Assembly: GCA_037447605.1 (NCBI GenBank)
Contig: CM074805.1
Span: 2,265,361-2,329,360 of the forward strand
DNA from: Zygnema circumcarinatum SAG 698-1b
Lineage: Eukaryota > Plantae > Zygnematophyceae
DNA: 64,000 bases
Direction: 5' to 3'
Part shown: positions 1-11,779 of the stretch, one piece after another
Position numbering within the stretch: the stretch's first letter is position 1
How the letters are laid out: every line of letters starts with the position of its first letter
Notes under the pieces: generated by a model
What the model was told of the DNA's origin: nothing
Database searches by the model: none
The model's input: the letters and a program-made list of their open reading frames with translations, nothing else
Translations under genes and position numbers: made by a program

Positions 1-3000
1 CTCCCGCGGGAGATGCTTCTCGACCGGCCCCTCCCGGACCTCATGGAGCCTGCATGTACGGCCGCCTTCCAGGTTGGCCCGAACTAAACCATAGACTTTG
101 GGAGACTCACATTTTGGCATAGTGGTGAGGTGTGCGTATGGGATACATAGCCATCTCGAGCAATGCTGCCTCAAGGTCAGGGCTCATTCTTGAGGGGAGG
201 GAGATGGGGCAGAGGGAGATGGAGAAGTGCGCAACGTCTGAAAGTGGGAGCCACGGCTGCGAAGTGCAGATGAGACAGGAGGGCGGGTCTTGCATATCCG
301 TGTCCTTGAAATTCGTCCGCACGCCCTCACAAGGCAGCGACTCTGCCGCCTTTGTGACATGTCTGTTGACTGACATCACTGTGCAGAAGGAGCTGGAGGT
401 ATGGCTCTCCTTCTTCACTTCCCTTTTGTGTTACATATTGGTTTTTGGTTTTCGTACTTGGGGCCTGTGGAAACTGGTGTGTTTGGCATTTTGGGTAGTC
501 AACTATGGACAGCCGTAGCTCTTTCTGAAATAAGCGATGGAACACTATGAGACCGTTCACTGTAAGAATCGGTATGTCTAGCTTCTGTCTGTATGGCGGA
601 TTGGCTTGAGCATGGCTGATAGTAGAGGAAGTTTTGGACGGCGAGCGCAGGCTGGAACGGAAGAAGCCTTAAGTCTGTGCAGCAAAATGATAGAACCTTC
701 AAGAGCGAGTAGTTCGGAAGGTTTCATGGTGGAGGACGGTCTCAAGGCGGCGTTGAACAATGTGGGAATTTTGCTCGAGAGGTATCGCCAGCTTTTTGAG
801 CTGTACATGGTGAGGAAGAGGGGCCCTGCTCTCTTAAAAAAGAAATCCCTGTTTCTAGTTAAAGATCATGATCATTTTTTGTAGAATTCGCTTTGTTTGT
901 TTCAAGGTAGTCTATTCCAGGAGAGGAGTAGGCTATCAAGGTAGCTGTAACTATGTCATTCCATGCATTTCCCATTGCCTGAACGTCCTGCTGATGGCTT
1001 CACAACCCTTATACCTAACACGTCCATACGGTCAGAGTTATATGCTTCCCATAAAAGGCAAGCTGCGGATGTACATATGTAGGTGTTCAAGCCCTATGTA
1101 CACCGTTCCGTTAGATTCTGCCCAACTTATTCCATGCTCGTTCCCCAGGACACAGCTTAGGGGTTGGATTCTCCACGTTTTGTTGCTTTCGAGTCTCGTC
1201 ACGACCTACAAAGGGTGGGATCAAACCCACTAGGACATTGCGGATATTTCGAAATGGACTGCTGCGTGATGATGGGTTTAGCTTTGATACCAGTGTAACG
1301 AATCCTTCTCGCTGCAGCGGTCAAACCCAGATAGAGAAGCGTTTTGTGCTTGCAAGTGAGTCGCCTTGCGCTTGCTCTGATAGGGCCCCTTGTTCAGGCC
1401 CCCGTGCTTTTGTACGACGACAAGCGGCGCGTGTTGGACTGCAACAAGGCGGCGCTGCGCATCCTCCATTTGGAGAGCAAACGCGACATTGTGGGCGCGC
1501 CCAGCAGCAGCCTCTTCCCCCTCCGGCAGCCGGACGGGACCCTGTCAGTGGAAAAGTCCCGCAGCGTGCGCGACGCATACATGCAGCCTGGCAACCACTG
1601 CCAAATCGAGTGGACGTATCAGCTGAAGGATGGCACGCTCGTGCCAACCATTACGCAGGCTATGGTGGGTCGGGGTCCTTTCCTTATGAAGGCAATTCTT
1701 GGATGAAAAAGGTATTGCAGCAAGTCGTGCTTGTTTCCTAAGCGTCTCGATCAGCAAGAGGGGTGTCTCAGTTCGTGCTTCGGGATTTTTCTCTAACTTT
1801 TGACATGGTGCGAAACGTGTACAGTTTCTGCGGCTTCAAGGTAAGGAGGTGTACTTCTGCATTTGGCACGATCAACGACAGGCTCGCCGCGCGGAGGAGG
1901 AGCTGCGCGCCTCAAAGGAGCAGGCGGAGGCAGCGAGCCGCGCAAAGAGCGAGTTTCTGGCCAACATGAGCCATGAGATTCGCACTCCCATGAATGGTGG
2001 GCCTTTCGCCCTCACCTGCTCCTCTCCTTCTCGCCCTCCCACTCCTTTCCAATGCCGATTCCCCTCGACCCACCTCTTGTGCCCTATGCCAATGTCAGCA
2101 AGCAAGCCATCTATGGAGTGGGCTCAAATGCTCGGATGGGTTGAAACTTCGTCACTTGCACTGCTGAAAAGATCAGGCTTTTGTGAACTTTCGGTTTTTG
2201 CCTCTCACAGGCGTCTCTTTCGGTTGCTGCCTGTCGTCCTTTTCCTGAAGTTCCCCTTTGGAATCATTTGAGTGCATGTGGAAACTGTTGCGATTTTGGA
2301 TGCGTTCAAATCCGACATGCTTTCAAATCAGACTTCATAGTCGTCAAATCTGCGTTTGTCTCTCGAAAGCAAGCCCCGGACTATCCACCCTAGAACGGAC
2401 CCAACAAAGTGCCTCCACGTCTCCTCCTCCTCCTCCTCCGTCCTCCTCCCCCCCTCACCGCTCTTCTCTTCTTCTCTTCTCTTCTTCTCTTCTCTTCTTC
2501 TCTTCTCTTCTTCTCTTCTTCTCTTCTTCTCTTCTCTCCTTCTTCTTCTCTTTTCTTCTTTTCTTTTTTCTTTTGTGTCCGGGTGCGCGCAGGCGTGATC
2601 GGCGTGGCGGACCTGCTGATGAAGACAACATTGACTGCGGAGCAGTGTGCTTATGTTGACATAATCCGGTCCTCGGGGGACAGCCTTCTGCGCATCATCA
2701 GCGACGTGCTTGACCTGAGCAAGATCGAGTCGCACAACCTCGCGCTGGAGAGTCTGCCCTTCGCCTTCCGCGCGTTGCTGAGGGAGGCAGTGGCGCTGCT
2801 GGAGGTCGTCGCGAGAGAGAAGGGGCTGCAGGTAGAGAGAGAGAGGCTGGGCACAACAGCATTCTAGGGACAAGATGAGGAGAAACATAAAAAAATAAAG
2901 TACTTCAGAACAAGAAGAATGGGAAGAATGGAAATCTGTCCTGACGAATGTTTTTCTGGATGGGGTTCTCACCCTGCTTGGTGTGGCTTGGCGATGTGCT

Positions 3001-4806
3001 GCTGCAGTTGATAAGCGAGTGCGACCGGGCTGTTCCGGAGTGGGTGTTGGGGGATCCTGCTCGCATTCGGCAAGTGCTGCTCAACCTCATCTCCAATGCC
3101 ATCAAGTTCACGCACAGGTGAGCAGGCATGCCCTCTTCTCGAAACCATGCCAAGCTGAGACCACCTTTCTGTCGTGCCTCAGAGTCGGAGTTCACCTGAA
3201 ATTACAATGTTAGACCGCTGGAACAATTCGCAGCCCCTTCTCTCTAACTTAACAGTGCCCTGTTGGACTTCCTTCTCCCTAGGTAGTAGTGAGTATTGAA
3301 TGAGAGTATATAGCACGTGCTAGGAATGATGCACTACCACTACCACTACCACTACCACTACCACTACCACTACCACTACCACTACCACTACCACTACCAC
3401 TACCACTACCACTACCACTACCACTACCACTACCACTACCACTACCACTACCACTACCACTGCCACTACCACATCCGACAGAGGAAGCGTGTGTTTCCAT
3501 GGCGTGGCGGGCGGCAGGGGGCGCGTGGAAGTGAAGGTGCGGCTGGCCAGCGCGGAGGAGCGCGCGAGCACCCTCGCGGAGGGGGAGGGGGCGGGAGGGG
3601 GAGGGGGCCTCGCGCTGCACGTGGCGGTCAAGGACACGGGGGTCGGCATCTCCGAGGAGGCCAAGAAACGCCTCTTCCAGGCCTTCATGCAGGTGCGGAT
3701 GGGAGGAGAGAGGGAGGGCAGAGGCGCTGCTTTAGGGCTGCCACTGTGAGGGAGACTTGTGCAGCTGCGGAGAAGCAGGGCAGCTTTGGCTGGAAACTGG
3801 GCTCAGATTATCCGGAAGTTGCATGTGTTTGAGGCCCTTCTTCCTTACTGAAAGTGTGACTCTGTAATTCTCCTCCATACAGATTGGCTGACTCATCTAT
3901 ACCTCATTCTTGTATTTTCTCCTCCTTCCTTTCTTCTTCTCGCCTGAGGATGTGCAGGAAGACAGCTCCACCTCTCGCCGCTATGGGGGCACAGGCAAGT
4001 CGCTCGCATGTCGCACTCGATGCGTTCCTGTTATAGTGGTAAGTCCCGCTACCTATTTCTTTCGTAAGCGTTTCTGACGAATCTTCATAGGTAGTATGAT
4101 ATGCAGGGCTTGGTTTGGTCATCTCCAAGTCGCTGGTGACGCTTATGGGCGGCCAGATCGGCGTTTTAAGTGAAATTGGCTCAGGCTCCACCTTCTTCTT
4201 CACGCTGAGGCTGGAAGAGGCGTTAGAGCCCAACAAAAGCAGCAGAGAAGTGCTGAGTGAAGTGCCAACTCAAGCCATGAAGGAGAAATTGAGCCGAATG
4301 AAGATACTGCTGGCAGAGGATAACAAAGTGAACCAACTAGTAGCTGTCAGGATGCTACGGGAAATGGGTGGGACCTGCGATGTGGTGGATAATGGCCTTC
4401 AGGCCTTGCATGCGTGCAAAAGGCAGGAGTACGATTTGGTTCTCATGGTAAGTTTGAAGCCAACGTCCCCTTAAGGAATTTTGCATTCTCTTCAACAGAA
4501 GTTTGCTCTCTTCTCCCATCGGGAAAGGTTTGGAGATGCGCAGGGCCTTCTGACTGCATGCTGTATTTGCATCGGCAGGATTGCCACATGCCTGAAATGG
4601 ACGGCTTCCAGGCAACACAAGAGATCCGCACCCTTGAGTTGGCACTGAAGCGCAAACGCAGGCCTTTGATTGTAGCCCTCACGGCGAGCGCCCTTAGCCA
4701 CGAGAGAGAACGATGTGAAAATGTGGGCATGGACTACTTCTTAACGAAGCCTATTAGACCTAAAGATTTGGAGGCGTTTTTGTGCAGCTATCTGGCCGGT
4801 TCGTGA
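1..4806 (+). CDS. Multi-PAS hybrid histidine kinase (PAS/PAC repeats-HisKA-HATPase_c-REC), spliced, 5' end outside window
   Basis: Exons joined in frame: 1-72, ~200-398 (PAC-like [13 protein letters not shown]), ~651-809, 1398-1664 ([22 protein letters not shown]), 1825-1996 (YFCIWHD; H-box [16 protein letters not shown]), 2593-2831 (VLDLSKIES), 3008-3117 (N-box [12 protein letters not shown]), 3518-3692 (G1 VKDTGVGI, F-box LFQAF), 3958-3994, 4107-4447 (G2 GGTGLGL; receiver [12 protein letters not shown]), 4579-4806 ([13 protein letters not shown], stop). The acceptors of exons 2-3 are uncertain. Confidence 0.93.
2414..2572 (+). repeat. Low-complexity polypyrimidine (CTC/CTCTT-type) tract in a histidine kinase intron
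   Basis: Run of ctcctcc/ctcttctctt units just upstream of the acceptor at 2592. Confidence 0.85.
3332..3471 (+). repeat. (CACTAC)n hexanucleotide microsatellite, intronic
   Basis: More than 20 near-perfect cactac units in the intron 3118-3517. Confidence 0.97.
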
Positions 4807-6250
4807 CTAAGTGCACGAAAGGCTTCTTTCTATGCCAGCTTTAGTTGATAGATGCAGGAGCGAGTAGTAGCGAGCGAGTGAGATTACGTTACCTGGAAGG
4901 AGGTTTAAAGTCACCAGAAAAGGGTGAACGCGCTTAAGCTGAGCGCGGTCAGTTTGTTGCAGCGACCTCAGTCCGTTTCGTAACCTCACGCCTCCATAGG
5001 CTAGGAGATGCGTCTTATCTTTCATTCGCCATCAAGGACCAGTGTGAACACACAGTTGTTTCAATTCGGCGGCCCCAGGAAGGTAAATTAGAGACTTAGA
5101 AAGTACTGTGAAATGGTTTCCCCTGCGGCATAGGCCCTCTGTCATAGTCTCACAGGGATGATACAGGCTGTACCTGTGGAGTGCACATATTGTCCGAGGT
5201 GCCCTGAACTGCAAACGAGGTCTTGTTGAGATGGGTTAGAGCTATAGTGGTCCAATCATAGAATAAGGAAGTAGGTGCCTATAACTGTAATTGTGAATAG
5301 TTCCTTCAGATTTTTTTCATCATCTATACTCTATCCTTTATTTAGAAGTCAGAACGTGTCGTAGGTCCTACGGTGTAATTTACATGTTCTGGTAGTTCTG
5401 ATTGGATCCTTTGGCCCGCTTATTGGCCAGAAGTCGTAGTTTTGTCTCATTATTTGGTGTCAATGAGTTGGCCTCCAATGTACGAATATTTCCATGTTCA
5501 CAGCCCATTGGAATGTGGGAGTGTTTCATATGTTGACGCGTGTATGCTACTCAGAGCTATCACAGAAATGAACTCGAATGCACCACAACACAGCAAGCCG
5601 TTAACATGAAGCGAATGCACCTTGTGAACATTCTCAGAAGGAAAATCTTGCAACATCTTTTCTTTTCTTCAGGATTTTTTTTGAAGTATTCGCACACACT
5701 TGAACATGGAATTATAGCACTTAGTCTTAGTTTATTCCTTTTCTTTTGAATGAACATCTGGGAATCACACATAGAATGTTTGTTGTCTTCTTCAATTTTG
5801 CAATATTCGAGGGACTTGTTTATTCAACTTTCATTAGATTCAGCTTATATGTACTGACACTGCACACTTCAGTTCAGAAGGCTTTACATAAAGAGTAAGG
5901 TCAGCAGGAAACGAGAGGTTGCCAAATCCAGAGGGCTAATGGCTGGCTAAGGATAGAGCCGTTCATATAATCTCAGTACTGCTTTTACAAAACCGACGTA
6001 AGCTCGGCAAAATTATATTGCAAGAAGAATCTGTACAAGTCTTTGCGATCGGCCTTAAATCAGATAATGTGGCCAAGAAGATGCGATCGTAGATGGGACT
6101 AGTAAAGGATCAATAATTACAGTGACGCTTGGAAACCAACTCAGCGTCCTAATTTACAGGAACGTAAAATACACGATACCAGAGAGAAATTGATCTGCAG
6201 ACGGAGATAATAGTGTTTGATCCTTGGGCTAAGGAAGAGAGTATAAAGCT

Positions 6251-7918
6251 CTAAAACGTCGCGTTATCACAATCCATGGTTTGAGGCCGCTGGTTTGTCA
6301 CCAGACGAGGTAGGGAAGCATCTGAGCGACCAGAAAAATCATTTGAAAGCCCCAAACCGTCCAGTCTGGCTTCACATGAAGATCGCCATTCATCAACCAA
6401 ATGCTTTGCCTGCCTCCGTCCCAAAAAAGTCAGATTAGTCCAAAATCAAAAAGTTCACTCTGTCATGTGCCATGAGAACCATTATTGGACAGAACTAGCA
6501 ACTGAAGGCCACATCACATTGAAGCTCAGACTCCCCCGAGCCACTGTAGGCAGAAATGACAATGCAAAGACAACCCGTGAAAGACTTTCTGTTCTGTAGA
6601 AACAAACATGGACTGCTCCTTGCTAATTATAGTCTGAGCATAGTTTCCCCATGTTCAAGAATTACTGTCACGTTCAACCCCAACTGTCCCATCAAGAGGC
6701 AGGTAGAACCGCTTCCCAAAAGTGTCAGGAGACGACACTTTTTGACAAGTGGAAGGGTAACACAAACTTACCAGTATGGAACATATACCCATAGGCGAGC
6801 ATATAAACCCTTTGTAAGAAATGAAGCATACCAAATTTCTAGTGTTTAACAGACTTGAAGCTCATCAATAATTGCAATGATTAGACACATTGAAAAGCTC
6901 CTCAGGATGCCCAAATTAACGGGTCCCACTACCTCCCAAGCATGGGTACAAATGAATGGTGCATGGGTGAAATGAATTGAGCAAACAAGCCCACCTTCTG
7001 TTGTCCTCGAGAAGAAAGCTTGCTCGATTTAGAAAGAGAAATGATCGACGGAATCAGGCCTTCTGAGATGAGTTGGGCGAAAAAGTCCTCGTTCTCTTCA
7101 CATATTGAGAACATAGTCGAAACTGCATCTTCTAAAGACCGTGAGGATCCACATTCCAAAACATCACCAAGCACATCAAAGCCCCCGCTCTTAACAATAG
7201 CCGCCGCACCCTCCGGGCATTTCGCCAAGTTCGAAATGACTGCCAGAACTTTCTCGTCCAGCCCTTCATGCCCTTCAGCCAGCAAACTCAAGAGAACTTC
7301 CGCAGCTCCAGCATTCACTCCTTCAACACTGCCCTTCGGAGTGCTTGTGAGGCAAAACAAAGCATATGCAGCGTCCTTCTTGCCTCGCAGAGGAGCTTCC
7401 TTCAACAACCTTACTAGAGGAGCATAAATGCCTTCAAAATTGGCAATCTTAACGACCCTGTCTGCGTGCCTCGAAAGGTTGAAAATAGCGGCAGCAGCGT
7501 TAGACTTCGCAACATCGCTGCCATTTTTCAAGACATAGATTAGCCCGTCAATAACCTTATCCCCGTCTGTCAGTCGGTCGTAAAGTCCGTAAGAAAGCGC
7601 GATATTGTGAACGATTGTGACAGCATGTTCCATGAACTCCAGCTCCGGTGAATGCATTCCGCTGATAAGCAAGTCCAGACCGTTCTCCGCCGCCAAGATA
7701 GCCTCCCGCATTTCCGGAGACCTCGAAGTCTGCGTGCGCAGCACTGCCGCCGCCCCGAACCGCTCCTCCGCAGAGGCGCTTGCGAGGCCCTCCAGCAGCT
7801 TCTTTGCAGGATCTGCCGCCACGCCATCCAGAAGGCCCTGCACAGTCAGCGGCATCGCCTTCTTCCTACAAGCAGCATATTGTTGCTCCCCCCCCTCCGG
7901 CATGTTCTCGCCCGCCAT
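6251..7918 (-). CDS. Armadillo-repeat protein resembling the ARM region of plant U-box (PUB) proteins; no U-box seen
   Basis: Exon 1 7918-6995 has ARM repeats (LKNGSDVAKSNAAAAIFNLS, PLVRLLKEAPLRGKKDAAYALFCL, VLECGSSRSLEDAVSTMFSIC) and donor AAG|GTGGGC. A predicted exon 2, 6409-6251, joins in phase 0 (QQK|AKHLVDEWRS...ATF*). Confidence 0.85.
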
Positions 7919-8277
7919 GAATGCAGCCAGTGAAAGTCGCCTCTCTCTCTTTGACAGGGCCGAGGCCCCTCCCTCGCCGGCCGGCGGTTACAGATTGCCG
8001 ACCGGGGGTTGCCGACTGCCGACCGGCGGCTGCCGGCACGGCTGCTTCCGGCGTGAATCCGTTTACCGTTTACCGTTTGACGTTTCTATGTGCACTCCGC
8101 AGTTCAACGACAGTCTAACGGGACTAGAGCCGACGGAACGGAGCCGCATGGCGGGCTAGGGCGCAGCGCCTCGCGGCTCGGGGAGAAAAAGGCGGCTGTC
8201 CATCGCTTCTTCCTTCCCTCTTCCCCTCCTCCCCCATCTCCCTACCTCCCTCCCTCCTGCGTGGCTGAGTGAGTGGA
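7919..8277. promoter_or_regulatory. Short divergent (bidirectional) promoter region between the ARM gene and GAR1
   Basis: Start codons at 7918 (-) and 8278 (+) face away from each other about 360 bp apart; three GCCGAC cores lie at 7997-8023. Confidence 0.6.
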
Positions 8278-10547
8278 ATGGCGCCGCCGCCCCGAGGAGG
8301 CGGAGGAGGCTTTCGAGGCGGAGGAGGGTTCCGCGGGCGTGGAGGAGGGGGAGGAGGGGGCTTCCGTGGGCGGGGAGGGGGAGGGGGAGGGGGGCGATTC
8401 GGATACCGTGACGAGGGCCCGCCTGCTTCCGTTATCGGTTGGCATCTGCTCCCTCTTGCCCTGCTGCACGAGCATTAAGGATCTTTTCTCGCGCTTGTGC
8501 CTAGGAGGAGAAGCTAGTGCATCTCAATTGCTGCAACAATGTGCTGGTGTGCGCACCCTGCTGTTCTGGTTGCGGTCGCAAACTGCGGCATGTTGTCGAG
8601 TGAATGATGGTGCTGAAGAAAATTTGCTGCTCCTCATGTACAGGCGCTCTTTGTGCAAGCCGCTGTAGTCACTTCTTTCAGTCGAGAGCTCGATTTTCAG
8701 ATGCTTGTTTTCTAAGATATCTTTTTGTCCCCTTTCGCTGTTATGTTCGGGCAGAGGTGTCTACCTTTTTGCATGCTTGTGAAGGAGAGGCCGTGACCAA
8801 GCTTACGAATGAAAAAATTCCTTACTTCAATGCGCCTATCTTCACTGAAGATAAGACTCAAATTGGCAAAGTGGAGGAGATTTTTGGGCCTATCAATGAC
8901 TCGGTATGTTTATCTGCAAGACCGCGTAATTTGTGAATATGACACGGACTTTGCAATTTCACTTCAATGTCACAGAGTTCAGGCCCAATGAACCTCAATT
9001 TTCCTTAAGATGGTTGATGCGGAAACATTTCACTGATTTTGATCTGAGCACGACAGCTTTATTAATGAGTTTTGCTGGTTGCGGTAGAACCTCGTAATCC
9101 ATTCATTCATTTACGTCGTCCTCAGCATTCTTGCAATTTGCGATGTGTTGAATGTTGTGATTCATACAAAGTTTATCCCCTTGCTGAAGAACTGCATGCT
9201 GAAACTTTCCTTGTGTTTTTTGGGTTTTTCGAGTACAGTACTTCTCTGTTAAGATGCAGGAGGGCATCGTCGCATCATCTTACAAAGTCGGAGACAAGTT
9301 CTTCATAGATCCCATGAAGTTGTTGCCTCTGCAAAGATTTCTTCCACAACCCAAGTATTGCCGGCTTCCCTTGTCTCCTTGTCTCTTGTCAATGGCGTTG
9401 TATCGTCTCAATAAATCACCTTCCGTCTCACTGATATTATTGGTCCAAAGAGTAAATGACAACAATGATCTTTTAGGTCCGCTTTATCTGCTCAGCTGGC
9501 AAATGTGACAGATGATTCACTGTTTCAGGGGCGGGTTTCATCTTTAGTTCCTCGTATATTTGCTCAATCTTTTGAGTACAGTGTGTTGATTCATGTTTTT
9601 CGTTTGCTTCTTCTTTGCAGAGGCGAGGGAGGAGCGGGTCGGGGAGGTGGTGGTCGTGGTGGCGGTCGGGGAGGTGGTAAGCCCTTCGACTCACCCAATG
9701 CCTTCCACTCTCTTGTTATTTTTTTGGTATCAGGGTTGTTTGCTCTTTGTTGACAAGGAACCAGCAAGGGTGCTGAAATCTGGACATGGCCAACAGGTCC
9801 TCTTTGCTTTTTTAATGTCGCTTGAATTCCAAGCCCATGTCAGTCACTCTCGCAGGCTTAGACTTAAACTCAATTGTCCGTAGCTCTCTATCCTTACATG
9901 TGAAACTGCTTTTCAATTCGGCCTGTTAATGGTCTGCCTCATTGTTTTAGTGAGCTTCTTCACATGAGGTCCTACATCCCTAGTACTGGTGCCCCCCTCA
10001 TCCAAATATGAAAGCATTTTTCACAAGGCTTGTCGTAAGCCTTAGCACATTGGCACTTGGACGTTTGTTAGATTTTTTTTAATTAGGGTAAATAGGGTAG
10101 CTGCGGATCCCAGGGTATGAGGTGCAGGTACCGTCTGTGTTAACTGTCGCCTCTTCTTTTAGTCTGAAACCCCTGAAGTCTGTCTTCACAAATCCCATTT
10201 TTTTCCTGATGTGTTCAGTCTGAACATTGGAGCAGGGGATATTTTAGCCGAAAGCACTAATCTTGCTCTAGTTCCTTTTTGCTATTCTCGTGCACTTATC
10301 TCACCCACTGTCAGGCACCTTCTGTTGTGCATTATTGATGAGTTGCTTCAGAGTTTCAAAACTTAATCCTTGGTGTTGTGTGGCTAATCTGTCAATAGGT
10401 CGTGGCTTTGGAGGGAGAGGCGCTCCTCGTGGGGGAGGCTTTGGAAGAGGGAGAGGCCCCCCCAGAGGTGGCTTTGGCTTTCGGGGACGAGGAGGGGGCG
10501 GAGGGGGGTTCAGAGGCGGAGGATCTCGCGGAAGGGGAAGGGGCTGA
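8278..10547 (+). CDS. GAR1: H/ACA snoRNP subunit GAR1
   Basis: RGG-rich N- and C-termini flank the conserved core ([12 protein letters not shown]...[10 protein letters not shown]...[12 protein letters not shown]...[36 protein letters not shown]). Exons 8278-8437, 8755-8903, 9239-9354, 9621-9676, 10399-10547, all GT-AG and in phase. Confidence 0.97.
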
Positions 10548-11779
10548 GGGTCCGCTTTCGAGTGCTCTCTTGCCTGCAGCCAATTGTACTTCCCTTTTGT
10601 TGTCCAAAGATCTGTTTGTTTTTCCTTGTCACTCAGAAGTTAGCGTGTTTCCTGGGCCTACTCATGTGCTAGTGACGAACATGAGGTGGGGGGGATGCGC
10701 GTCTGTTAGCTGGGTCGCTGTGTCTGCTCGGCCGGCAAGGGCGGGTTGGAAGCGAAGCCTGCAAGGGGGGGGGGGGGGGGNNNNNNNNNNGGGGGGAGGT
10801 GGCAGCCTGTTTGCTCACAGCTGCCTGCGCAGGCGCCGGCCTTCTGTGTGTGCGCTTGAAAGGGTTGAATAACCGAATAGGGCACGGCACGTCAATCGTT
10901 GACATTTCCCGATACCCCCACTACCAATAGGTTTGAAGTTCGTAGTCGGTGTTCCAAGAAAAAACTGTTTTTGCTTTAGGTTTTCGCTTTTTTTTTTTGA
11001 ACAACGGTCCTTGTTCAAATGTGAATCCAATACGAAACCAATTGAACATTGAACAATTAACTATTGGTCGGGTTAACTTCAGTTTAGTTTGCATCCAATG
11101 ATCACCAATGAGATTTTGGCAGATCACGAGTATGTGGACCCAGGTTAACGTGAGCTCAAATTTAGCCCGTTTTTATTACCGTATGGTAGTAGAGGCATTT
11201 TGTATCGTGTGAAAATCGTTCATTTGGCGGGAAGAGTTGTTCGGGCGAAAATTGGGCCGACTTTAGGCAAATCCTTCAGATTGCTTGAATCGCACGTGGC
11301 AAAATTGTAATCCACACGTACAATCGAACATATCGACCTTTTGCACTAAGTTGCATATGGCCATCTCTAGCCAGTAACCACCAGGCGCCGACTCCTGCTG
11401 ACCGCTCGAATGGGCTTTTGTCACGCGGCGTGACCGGACAGACCCATGCCCGGCCATGCCATGCCATGCCATGCGGCGGCGCCTGTGACAAGCCGTGACG
11501 GAGGCGAGGCCGGTCGGTTGGTCGGTCGGTCGGTCGCCGGTCGGTCCTCGGCGCGCCGTGGACGTGCGCAGCCAGGCAGGACTGGAGCGGAGCCGGAGCA
11601 GGCGACATTGCAGACAGAGGGAGAGAGAGAGAGAGAGAGAGCTGCAGAAAGCCTGCGCCTGCGGCATCTCCTTCTCTCTGTTGCCTGCCCTCGCGCGGGG
11701 AGGGAGTCAAGCACGCCAATGCTGTGCCGCCTGCAGTTGCGGGCCGCTCGCTGCCTCGCGCTCGCCCGCCGCAGTCGCC

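Noticed and set aside
2258-2972. Glu/Lys/Arg-rich and Leu/Phe/Ser-rich ORFs
   Set aside because: Produced by the polypyrimidine tract and the antisense of a kinase exon.
3279-3832. ORFs with poly-HY, poly-V and poly-GS translations
   Set aside because: Artefacts of the intronic (CACTAC)n microsatellite; the real exon is 3518-3692.
8904-10398. Possible intronic snoRNAs in GAR1 introns
   Set aside because: Isolated TGATGA/CTGA words exist, but no properly spaced C/D pair with a terminal stem and no H/ACA hairpin pair could be established by eye.
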